Part shown: in pieces, positions 49,152 to 60,030 of the stretch
How the letters are laid out: the number at the start of each line of letters is the position of its first letter
Numbering within the stretch: the stretch's first letter is position 1
Assembly (NCBI GenBank): GCA_965153285.1
Contig: OZ229114.1
DNA length: 64,000 bases
Direction: 5' to 3' (one strand)
DNA from: Podarcis tiliguerta
Lineage: Eukaryota
Translations under genes and position numbers: made by a program
The notes under the pieces: model-generated
Databases searched by the model: none
What the model saw: only the letters and a program-made list of their open reading frames with translations
What the model was told of the DNA's origin: nothing

Positions 49152-49548
49152 CCCTCCTAGTGTGAAAAGTGGGAATCCCAGGAGTAAATGCAGAAATGTT
49201 AGCTGCCACCAGAGCAGGGAAATCACTCATCCCCTAGGCTAACTTCATTCAGCACTACAGTCTTTCACTTGCCTCATACCGACATATCATAGATGTCTAG
49301 CAGACTCTTGACCATCTGTTTTAGGGAAACTGTGTGCAGCAGAGCTCTGTCTGTCCCCGTCCCCCCCATCTCCTTTGTGGCTTCCTTCCTTCCCCATCTT
49401 CAAAGCCTTCTGAGCGTGTGGTTTGGTAGCCGTGATATAGCACAGTCGTGGTTGGAATTGCTGGTTAATGTCTTCTGCCCATTAGCATCAGCACTTGAGA
49501 TCCCTAAAAATGGTGGACTTTTTTTTTTTAAGAAAAAAAGAGAGACAA

Positions 49549-49554
49549 AATAAA
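49549..49554 (+). terminator. Likely SNCG polyadenylation signal
   Basis: First AATAAA about 400 nt after the stop, followed by a T/GT-rich stretch. Confidence 0.65.
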
Positions 49555-50759
49555 ACAACTTGTTTCAACTAAGTCTTCGTTTGCACCTTCTCAGTTTATT
49601 CATCTTTCTGACTGTGAGTCTTGTTGGTTATAATAGTTAATAAGAGGCATACCATACCAGCATTAAAAAAAATAGAGAGATGGGGGGAAATGAGTGAGTG
49701 GTTGGTTTACATTATCAGCTGATCGAAGAGGACACATGCATCACAGTCTAATCTTGTGCCGCCAGAGCTGATCCCTTTTCATTAATATCTATGAATGCTT
49801 TAAACTCTTGAATATGACAAAATCTATATCAGTATGCCTTCCTCCAAATCGTATCTCAAATTTGCTTAAATTTGCAGCTGTAAGACAAGTGTATCAGATT
49901 GTGGTCTGGTGCATATAAATACTGTATAATAATAATGCTGAGCTTGCCAAACAACTAACAATTGTCTGCGTTTGAGGCCCCCTTTGAACTTGAGGTCTAG
50001 GCCAAATGCAAACACTGGCTGGCCTTGCTTGTGATACAGCTGAGGAAGTGGGGAGGGCCTCTTTCATATATTTTGCAATCCTCAGACTGGCAGAGAAGGG
50101 ATTTCCAGTGGCATCCAGGAAGCTATCTATGCAGGTAGAATATAGAAGGCAAACTTCGAAGAGGATGCAAAGATGTCATTTGGATCCATTGTCTTTTCCT
50201 TACATCCCTGAGATAAGCACAAGTCACCATGTTCCTGGCAGAGGCTTCTGCGAAATGTTTCTTCCCTTTGCAAATCAGCAAGAGCAGAGCCAGGGGAGTG
50301 TTCATCTCTTAACAGGGACCACTCACAGTTGATTTGATGTGATTTGCTCAGTAGCTCTTGGGTGGAGCCAAGGATTAAAACAAAACAGACCATCCAGAAC
50401 AAGCAGTATGAGTCATATATTTCCTCTCATTTGCAACTTAAAAACAAGCACACTTCTAAATAATCCTTGAGCCAGATGTGTGTGCCTGGTGGTGTTTCTT
50501 GCAAAAGAAAAGCCTCTGGGTGTGGCAACATAAATTAGGGTTCCTCAGGCATTTCTTTGCCTGGTCTCTGTGTACTGTCCCACCATCTTTGCCAGGACAA
50601 TGAAACCCCACTGACACATGGTATGGTGCTCAACACAGATCCAAAACACAGGAAGCTGCCATATACTAAGAGTGTGTACACACTATAAATTCAAAACACA
50701 AGAATCTTGGGAATTATAGTTTGTCCCTAACAGGACAACCATTCCCAGCACCCATAGTA

Positions 50760-51125
50760 AAAAGGTAAAGGTAAAGGTACCCCTGCCCGTACGGGCCAGT
50801 CTTGACAGACTCTAGGGTTGTGCGCCCATCTCACGCAAAGAGCCCGGGGGCCAGCGCTGTCCGAAGACACTTCCGGGTCACGTGGCCAGTGTGACAACGC
50901 TGCTCTGGCGAGCCAGAGCCGCACACGGAAACGCCGTTTACCTTCCCGCTAGTAAGTGGTCCCTATTTATCTACTTGCACCCGAGAGTGCTTTCGAACTG
51001 CTAGGTTGGCAGGCGCTGGGACCGAACAACGGGAGCGCACCCCGCCGCGGGGATTCGAACCGCCGACCTTTCGATCGGCAAGCCCTAGGCGCTGAGGCTT
51101 TAACCCACAGCGCCACCCGCGTCCC
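50760..51125 (-). mobile_element. Sauria SINE, young copy
   Basis: TSD agcacccatagta on both sides; aaaggtaaaggt tail. Confidence 0.9.
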
Positions 51126-51159
51126 AGCACCCATAGTAGTAGTAGTAATAATAATAATA

Positions 51160-51482
51160 ATATTTTATTTATATCCCGCCCTCCCCACCTGAAGCCAGGC
51201 TCAGGGTGGCTAACAACAATAAAATAATACAACATTCTAAAATCATTTCATTATAAAATTAATTCAAATCAAATTAATGGCAAGCATTGGGCTAGAGTTC
51301 TGTGAAGATTGCCAAAGGAGGGAGTCAGTCTGTGCCCTGGCCAAAGGCCTGGTGAAACAGCTCTGTCTTGCAGGCCCTGCAGAAAGATGTCAAGTCCTGG
51401 AGGGCCCTAGTCTCTTGTGACAGAGCATTCCACCAGAACGGAGCCACAGCCAAAAAAGCCCTGGCTCTGGTTGAGGCCAGCC
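51160..51482 (-). mobile_element. L2 LINE 3' end
   Basis: TRARAFLAVAPFWWNALSQE...FCRACKTELFHQAF. Confidence 0.8.
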
Positions 51483-52686
51483 TATGGTTCACAGAATTCT
51501 TTGTATGTGTGATGTGCATGCACAATTATACCACATGATGGCTTCCTCCAAGGAATCCTGGGAACTGAACTTCATTAAAAGTGCTGAAAGCTGTTAGGAC
51601 ACTCCTATTCCCCTCACATATCTACTATTCCCCGGGAAGAGGAATTGATGGTTAAAACACTCTGGGAACTATAGCTCTGGAAGGGGAATTGAGTCTCCTA
51701 AAAACTCTCAGCACCCTTAACAAACGACAGTTCCCAGGAGTCTTTGGGGGAAGCCATGACTGTTAAAATGCTTTAGCATTGCTTCAAATAAATGGGGCAG
51801 ATGTGGCCTAAGTCAGACCACTGGTCTGTCTAGCTCAGTATCAACTGTATAGACAGACAGGAGTCACTGCCAACCCTACCTTGACATGCCAGTGTTTGAA
51901 CCTGGTGTTTTTTCCATGCAAAATATGTGCTCAGCTGCTAAGACACGGCTCCTCCCTACCATATAACTGCTTCATCACCTCATGTCTCCCCAAGTTCCAA
52001 AGTGGGCAAATGTCCCAAAGCCAGGCCTTGTTTTAGCTTCCAAGGAACCTCTCAGCTCAAGGTCAACACAAAAGACAGCTGCCTCAATGGTGCCTTAACA
52101 CCCCATCTGTGTGTTTTATTAAGCCAGCAGCAAGCTGTTTCTGTTGTCTTCTGTTCTCAGAAGTCCATGCATCGCCTGACGGGTTCTTTCCTTTCCTCGC
52201 CACCTGACACATCTGGACTGTACTTCATATTTGTTTGCTGGCTTCAGGTGGCTGTTTGCTCTCTCTGCTTTTTAAAATTCCGAGTCAAGAGATGAGAGAC
52301 ATTAATGGCCTGTCCAACGCTGCATTAAATGGTGAGCAAAACACGCCTCATTTACTAAAACACACTAGTTTGGCAATACGATTGCTAGAGTCAATACCGG
52401 TGATCCCGCGAACGGTAAGTATTGACACAAACTCTGCTGGCTGCATGACTGGATTAGAAGAACCACTAAATAAAGCTCGGCTCACCACCATACCAGAACG
52501 GGGAAAGATGGCTTAGTGGTTTTTAGTAGTTTCTTGCATTTCATGGTGTACCAATTCTGTTAAATAAATCAATAAAAAGGAACAAGTTTGGAAGCAAGTA
52601 AAGTAATATGCACAAATTGCCTAAAGAGGGTGTACATACAAAAGACTGTTAAGACTTAAATGAATTAACCAAACCTATGCCATTTA

Positions 52687-53043
52687 GGGACGCGGGTGGC
52701 GCTGTGGGTTAAAGCCTCAGCGCCTAGGACTTGCCGATCGAAAGGTCGGCAGTTCGAATCCCCGTGGCGGGGTGCGCTCTCGTCGTTCGGTCCCAGCGCC
52801 TGCCAACCTAGCAGTTTGAAAGCAGCTTCAGGTGCAAGTAGATAAATAGGGACCGCTTACCAGCGGGAAGGTAAACGGCGTTCCGTGTGCTGCGCTGGCT
52901 CGCCAGATGCAGCTTGTCACGCTGGCCACGTGACCCGGAAGTGTCTTCAGACAGCGCTGGCCCCCGGCCTATAGAGTGAGATGAGCGCACAACCCTAGAG
53001 TCTGGCAAGACTGGCTCGTACGGGCAGGGGTACCTTTACCTTT
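52687..53043 (+). mobile_element. Sauria SINE, young copy
   Basis: Perfect 14-bp TSD acctatgccattta; gggacgcgggtggcgctgtgg head; acctttacctt tail. Confidence 0.9.
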
Positions 53044-53763
53044 ACCTATGCCATTTAAGATACTGCATCTATCCCATGAATGGTGCACAAAGGAGGATAA
53101 GGGGCCTGCACAGAGACATCTGAGCACCAGTATGTTGTGTTCTTGGAGGCCTAGGACAAGGAGGAAGGGCCTTGGTTTCCTATACCCTTTTTCGAAGGAT
53201 GGTACTTTGTAAATAAATGTTTAGTGCAATAGAAATGAAATCCATATGCCAGAGCAAAAAATCAGAACGCAACCTTTGAGGACACTTCTGCAAAGGCAGG
53301 AGTAGCCAATGTGGTGTACTTTGGTGTATAATGTGGTGTACTCTATCCAACATGACAAATAGTCGGGGGTGAAGGGGAGTTGTGGTTCAACAACATTGGA
53401 AGGGGGGGCACCACATTGATTACCTCAGTATTGTGGATACACAGGCCCAGATACGAACGGACATTGGTGCCTGTCTCACACAACTGCCTCTGTGTTGCTC
53501 TGTGCTGACGTGCACGCCATTTGCTCAGTTATTTTCCACCGAGATTCTATTCAGAAGGGATGAGCATTATTCCCACTGATGCAGAAAGAAAACGCTTGCT
53601 GAGACACACCTCCCACCTGAGAAAGGCAAAGAATTTGGCATTTTGACACGTGCCTTCAGTTTCGTTTATCTGGTCTTAAAATGCTAAGCCACCTGAATGC
53701 TCCACCTATTGAAAATATTTGCCCAGTGAGCATCAAGGTGGGGGGGGGGGGTGTCTTGGTTTG

Positions 53764-53772
53764 TATATAAAA
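53764..53772 (+). promoter_or_regulatory. TATA box of ADIRF
   Basis: TATATAAAA about 90 nt upstream of the ATG, preceded by a G-rich (KLF/SP-like) tract. Confidence 0.7.
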
Positions 53773-53859
53773 CCAGCATAGGCTGGAGACACTACAGCAG
53801 AATGTTTAGAAGGCTGATGTTTTAAATTTGGTTAAGGACGGAAGCTGTTGAAAACAACC

Positions 53860-53926
53860 ATGTCTGGAAAGCAACCATGTTTTAAGGGCTTCACTCAACA
53901 AGCTGAAGGGACTGTGCAGGATGCTG
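53860..53926 (+). CDS. ADIRF: Adipogenesis regulatory factor (C10orf116/APM2) exon 1
   Basis: accATG; MSGKQPCFKGFTQQAEGTVQDA resembles human MASKGLQDLKQQVEGTAQEA; donor G|gtaag; syntenic position downstream of SNCG. Confidence 0.88.
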
Positions 53927-53936
53927 GTAAGAAACT

Positions 53937-53941
53937 CTATC

Positions 53942-53972
<31 letters not shown>

Positions 53973-53979
53973 ATCTATC
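53937..53979. repeat. (TATC)n microsatellite 10 nt after the ADIRF exon 1 donor
   Basis: Direct reading. Confidence 0.9.
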
Positions 53980-55096
53980 TTGGTTTCACTTCAGATGCCC
54001 AATGAAAAGGAGTTTTGTTCTCAGGGCTGGTTTATACATTCTCAGTAGCATCAAGCTTCCGTCCTGGTCTCTGCTTCTTGTAAACCAGAATGCACCCCTC
54101 TGAAAAAGTGTCTTGAAGATTGAAGACACTTCCAACTCTATGATTCTATGACTCTAGGAACCAACTCTTCTAACTCTATGATTCTACAACTCTTTGGCAT
54201 AGCAAGTTAGGCTGCATCCACACAGCTTTTTATTCCATTTTCACAAAGTTTCCTTATCTGATAATTTCCACACTTTATGCAATCTTTCCCACAATGTAAA
54301 AGCCACTTCTGCAAAAACAGCGAAATCTAGCAGAAGTTTAGTGTACATTTCCAGGTTATTTGGCTCCGGGGGGGGGGGGGGGGGCAATTTTACAACCAGT
54401 TAACTCAGCAAATTGCAGGAGTTCTGTGTTGTAGTCTCCGGTGAAGAAATTTCAGGCAGTATTCAAGCATACAGTTTTTTCTACCATATCAAATTTAGCA
54501 CGACATGGTGGTATATTGAGCAACAAGCCACAGTTCCATAATGCAACAGGGGAGGCAGTATAAAAGAAACATTAAAATCTGGGGTAGAAGTGCTAGTATT
54601 ATAATTAGGATTGTTGGTATCCGTCTGTCTTGGGAGACAATGGAGGAGTGCGTCTTTGGGGGTGATGCCAAAATATTGGAAGGTTACAGTGCCTGCTGTG
54701 GCTGTAGAGACCGATACAGGAGAGACATGCTTTGTTGCAGCTGGGGCAGATGAAGGTTGTGCTGCTGAATGCAGCCTTAGACTTCTATAAACAAGCTGTT
54801 GTTGTTTTTAAATGCTTGAAGGAGGCTGAATTTCATTTAAAAAAAAACCCCCACCCATGTGCAGTCTGAAGTGGAATAGTCGAGGAAGAGCTTCACCAAA
54901 GAAGGGTTAGCCCTTCAGCAACAGGGATCTAACAATGGCATTTCTTGATTGACATTATACGGTCTGCTTAATAGTCCTGAGCGTTAAAGTGGATGCAGCC
55001 TACTTTTATTACGTTTATTGCATTGTCTCTTGCCTTTCCTCTGGAGAGCTCAGAACAATGTGCCCCACTCTCGATTTTATCCTCATGACTATGCTG

Positions 55097-55287
55097 CAGG
55101 GGTGCCAAGTTGACTAAAATTGGGGGGGGGGGGCAAGTGAGCCCCACCCCACATAAATGATCACATGAAGTGGCACACGCAAACCATTTGAATGGCAATG
55201 CCCATCAATTTTTTTTGGGGGGGAGGCCCTCAAATATTTTATGGAGGCCCCCGAAAGAACCTCAGCCCCTAGGAGTTGGCTCTTATG
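55097..55287. mobile_element. hAT MITE (same family as 24593-24777)
   Basis: TSD ctatgctg/ctacgctg. Confidence 0.85.
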
Positions 55288-55348
55288 CTACGCTGTAAGA
55301 TAGATCAGGCTGAGAGATGGAATGGCAATGCAAGCATCAATGTTTGTT

Positions 55349-55538
55349 TGTTGTTGTTGTTGTTTAGTTGTGTCCGATTCTTCATGACCCCATGGACCAG
55401 AGCACGCCAGGCACTTCTGTCTTCCACTGCCTCACGCAGTTTGATCAAACTTATGTTAGTAGCTTTGGGAACACTGTCCAACCATCTCGTCAGCTGTCAT
55501 CCCCTTCTCCTTGTGCCCTCAATCTTTCCCAACATCAG
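55349..55538 (-). mobile_element. BovB (RTE) LINE 3' fragment
   Basis: Minus strand reads gcctggcgtgctctggtccatggggtcatgaagaatcggacacaact followed by a (caa)n tail, the typical BovB 3' end. Confidence 0.85.
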
Positions 55539-56084
55539 TTAGGGGAGTGGTGTGAGCCAGCCATCACTGTAGTACGCTCAGAGGAATGATGAGATTTCTT
55601 TTCTGTACCAAAGTTAAATAGCCTTTCCTGCTCGCCCCATTACTTGTGATGTCACTGCTTTCCTCTCTCCTAAAAACAACGCAATTCTGAAAAACATGTA
55701 CATTCATGTCCTCAGATGCCACTGATCTGCTAGGTCACAGCCATTCACCCAGGTGCTGTGATAAGGAAGATCTTGTTTTTCCTATGATATCTATGTACTC
55801 AGCGTGCACTCAAAGAACATCTTGTTATTGTCTGCTGATGCGTGTCTGATAAAGTTATCAATCTGAACCACGAGTCTAACCTCATGATGCAGGACCACAC
55901 AGCTTGTGGACCCACCAAGAGCATCTCACAACCCATCAACTACAAACGGAAAATGTGCCAGGGATTCATTAAAACCCTTTGGGGGCTTCTGCATGCATGC
56001 ATGGGGCTGCAAAAACACACCATGGATACCAGATGATCCTCGAGTATTGCTGATGTTTTCAGCTTGGTGGGGGTTACACTTTGC

Positions 56085-56532
56085 TAGGGGCGGGGGAGAA
56101 ATGTGATTCAGATCAGATTAAAAGGTGAGCCAAACTGATTTGCACTTCCTGAAACAATACACGAACCGAAATGCAGCCATCCTTCAAAATTTGCCACTTC
56201 TTCAAATTTTGCAACACAGTTCTCCGGTCAAGCAATATGTACAAAAATGCCTATGCGATTGTAAAGTGTACAAATAATATATGCATTGGTGAAAATAATG
56301 CACAAAAATGTTATATAAGGGGGACTGCTTGTGAAAATATGCATATTAAGCAAAATTGCATTCGAAGAATGTGTACATTAGGCGAAATCACACTAAAATG
56401 GTGAATTATCATGAGGACTTTAAAAAAAATTGCAAACTGATCTCAAAATTTCTACAAATTTTTACAAATGAACTGAAGATGGGAAAAATTAGCAACTGAA
56501 AGAACCCAAATTTACAGATTTTCTCACCCCTA
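56085..56532. mobile_element. AT-rich hAT-like MITE
   Basis: tagggg / ccccta termini; TSD cactttgc/cagtttgc. Confidence 0.75.
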
Positions 56533-56706
56533 CAGTTTGCACAGGTTTTATTATAAACTGCTCTGGGAGAAGAATACATCCTGAAAGAAACCTATGATGT
56601 AAATAAAAATAAAATAAATATTGCCCTTTGATTTTCCTAGTCCCTTTCCTTTGTACAACTGATTTTTTTACTATTAAATAAATCTGTTTTTTCCTCTTTC
56701 TTGCAG

Positions 56707-56769
56707 TAAACAAGGTGGGACAGGCCACGCAGCAAGTTGTGGACCAAGCTACTCAGGCGGGTCAGAAAG
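56707..56769 (+). CDS. ADIRF: ADIRF exon 2
   Basis: ctttcttgcag|TA ... AAAG|gtagg; 63 nt, phase 1-1; (V)NKVGQATQQVVDQATQAGQK versus human QQVVDQATEAGQK. Confidence 0.95.
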
Positions 56770-57259
56770 GTAGGACTCAAAATTGCTACTAGCTTAAAAG
56801 CAGATTGTCAATTCAGAATGATCTGTGCCTGTTCCATTTATGATATGGGTATACAACCCTTGGTAGGTTGCATAAGGTCAGCGGTAGCCAAGCATCTGCT
56901 TTGTAAACATAACGCCTTTTCCCAGGGGAACTCTGAAAATTATAGCTCTGTGAAAACGGCAGCTGACTCAGTCTTTGCCAGTGTCATCCCAATGAGGAAG
57001 GCGCGCACACTGGAATTCTGCCAAGTGCAGGGAAAACGCAGCAACATCACAACTGACCTCAAAGCAAGATCCCATCCCTAATCTCTGACTGGCTAGGGAA
57101 AGGGGAAGCTGGGGCATGAGAAGTCAATGAATATTAAGTGGGCTATTCTGCTTTTACAGGCAGTGGTTGTTCAGACTGGGCAGCACATTGAAGCTACACA
57201 TTAGGAACCAAGTGCTTGGGAAACCCCAATTAGTAACATCCTTCCTTCCCTTTTTACAG

Positions 57260-57333
57260 CTGTGGACCAAGTGTACAAGGCAGCTCAAGATGGTGTGACC
57301 GACCTCGAGAAAAAAATTGGACTCAAGAAATGA
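57260..57333 (+). CDS. ADIRF: ADIRF exon 3 (terminal)
   Basis: tttttacag|CT; (A)VDQVYKAAQDGVTDLEKKIGLKK-stop versus human AMDQLAKTT...GKKFGLLK; total CDS 204 nt = 67 aa. Confidence 0.9.
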
Positions 57334-59463
57334 TGGCCATCGTGATATTGAAATCAGACCAAAGAATGTTTGGCATCCTCAGATTCACACTTCCCTCTTC
57401 CATTCTGTCGTAATATTTATCCTTACGGAAAGCATGAAATATATTCTCTCCACGCCCCCTTTTCTGATTTGTAGATTTGCAGTCCAAAGAAATGAAAGAA
57501 AAGGATCATATCGCCACCTTCCTTCAGAAGGAAAAACGTGCCAGATTTGGACAACTGAATCGTCTAACTGCCTAGTCCGAGGCATTTTGGCACCTGTGAT
57601 TGTCATATGGCATGAAAAAAGAGGGCTGCCCCCGAGATAAGATTTTTATATCCCCTGCCAGTCTCACGCCTCATTCTTGTAAAGACAAGACATCATACTA
57701 CCACCAGTATATCAGGAGTCATTCCAAGGATGGAATTAACTCACCTTTTGTCTGCTTTCTCAAAAAATAGCTGTCAACTGCCTGCCCCTGGGCCAAATTA
57801 AGCAGTACGTTTATGACCCTCCTAATTTCCAATCCTAGAGGCGAAAGAGGAATGGAAATGAGCAGCATCAGTGACAGAGGGATTTTGGCAGGAAGCCATT
57901 TCGGTAGTTAAGGTGTGAAGCTTTGTGCCATGCTTCTACTCTCTTGTTAAAGTGGTCCCCCTCTGGCAACACTAGTTGTTGACCCAGAAGAGAAGGGATT
58001 TATTTTCCAAAGTTATTCATATTGATTTTCCCTGTCCAAAAAATTGTTGGGCTCCAGGAGCCTGCCATGTAGTGCATTTCTTGGAATGTTTCCCATTGCA
58101 AGAAAATGTGGGTTGGCAATACAGCACTGCACTGTTAGCCCTCCACCCTATAGGACCACAAATAAACTGCAATTTGCCATCACTACTGAACAAATAACAA
58201 TCAATGTGCAACTTTGCTTGTCTTCCTGAGATCTGAACAACTGCACTGTGCATAGCCAACCTGCACCTCGTGTGCACTTCTGCACATAATGTCTTTTACC
58301 ACTAAACCTGTGAAGGTTTTCTGGTGGATGTATTTTGAAATAGATCAACTCCTTTCTTGGTCGTTATCTGAGAAATGGGCTTCATCTATATATAGTTTAA
58401 AACACAGTAGGTGGAATGGTTTCTAATGCTGTGTTAGTTTGCTCCACCACGGAGCTAGAGGTGTGCAACCTGACAGTGCAACACTGCATTGTGAGTTCTC
58501 CAAGCAGGATCAAACAATCAGAGGAACTACCACCATTTCTGATACGCATTATCACAAATGTGCAGAAAAACCCATTGCCACCTGGGATCAGTTTTTGAGA
58601 TCTCAACAATTGTACTGTGCACTTCCAGGCTGCACTATTTTTAGTTGAAACAGACTGCTTTCTTTAGCAGAGTAGTCTGTAATTGTATTGAAAACTCTGC
58701 AGTGACGCAATGTTAAGGCAGTCATAAGAATGGCTCTTAAGGCAGTCAATGGCAACTTTTGCAAAACTGCAAAGTTTATTGAGGAGGGTGCAGGATAGCA
58801 ATGGAACACTGTGTTGTTCGCTCTCTTCCAAGCAAACACAATCAACCAACCAACAGGTCATAGCAATACTCATAAAGCATAATTGTTAATGCAGAAGTAC
58901 TATTTGTTGTTTTACCTTTCATGTCTTTCCTTTTCTTGACTTGAATGTTAATAATAAATATGCATGACAATTTGAATTCTTTGGGTGCTTACATGTGACT
59001 GAGCTCTATGCTGCATCTCCCCACTATGGGAGTTGACAGTAACTTGCAAGGATAAAATCACAGGTGAATAAGTGGTTGTCCAAGCCACCCAACCCTCCAT
59101 GCCTACCTCCTTTCACTGTAGGGGCACTTTGAGACTGGGCATCATGTGGCATGGAGCAAGGAAGTCCCTGGTTTTATTTAAACCACACTTCAGCCATTCA
59201 ACTCCGGGTTATAGGGCAGTATATAAATTTAATAAATAAAATAAATTCGGCACGGCGCAGGAGATCCACTATCAAGATATAGCTTCTTATGGATCTAGCT
59301 AGCTGAATTATACTGAGCAATTTTGCCCAGAATCATTTACTTTTACTGCCAGCAGCTCTCCAGGGTCTCCAGCAGAGATCTCACCCATCACCTACTCCCT
59401 GAGCAGTTACCTAAAGAAGCAAGGGGTTGCGCTTGGGCCCTTCTGTATGCAAAGCAACCCTTC

Positions 59464-60030
59464 CATCCTGAACCCCTGGCCTACCTGGCAGCAAGTCAGT
59501 CCAGGGTCAATCCACGTGTCCGAAGCACAGTCCCACAAAAATCCTGGAGCATCCAAGCTGAGGTCTATCAACATGGTCAGTTGAGCAGACACAGCCCCTC
59601 AGCTTTGCTTCTCTTTTTGCATGCTGATTGCAGCATCTGGGCTTGACGAGGCATATGACCCTCACCTGTTCCAAGCCTACTCCAACTAAGGAATCACACA
59701 CTGAGAGCTAGCGAGCCTCACCTGGCCAGTGAGGAAGCTGGGTTTGGGGCCCTGGCCTGCCTCAGCCTCCTAGAGTGCTGCTGCTCCCTATGCCTCAGAG
59801 CCCACCGTGTTCATGGAGACAGGGGCCTCTCTGGCTCTGGTGATGGGTCCTGCTGCTCTGGTTCCTGTGCACTGGCTCACATCCTCTCATCATCCTCCAT
59901 CACCCTGTGAGTACTTCCTACATGAACCTCTCCTTCCCCATCCCCAGCTTGCCCTGGTATGTCCCAGTCCCGGCTACACCCCTCGCCAGGATCCTCTTCC
60001 ACCTCCCTGTTGTCCTGCCAGTTCATGACA
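59464..60030 (-). mobile_element. Solo LTR, same family as 14167-14728
   Basis: Starts TGTCATGAACTGG on the minus strand; TSD ccttc/ccttg; colinear with the first copy along its whole length. Confidence 0.8.

Noticed and set aside
17123-53043. tRNA-like sequences with A/B boxes (about 17170, 24503, 26170, 34935, 46412, 52687)
   Set aside because: They are SINE heads: degenerate cloverleaves attached to SINE bodies or tails, several with TSDs; not tRNA genes
57143-57190. Alternative acceptor (cttttacag) 100 nt upstream of ADIRF exon 3
   Set aside because: Hits an in-frame TGA after about 10 codons and shows no similarity to ADIRF
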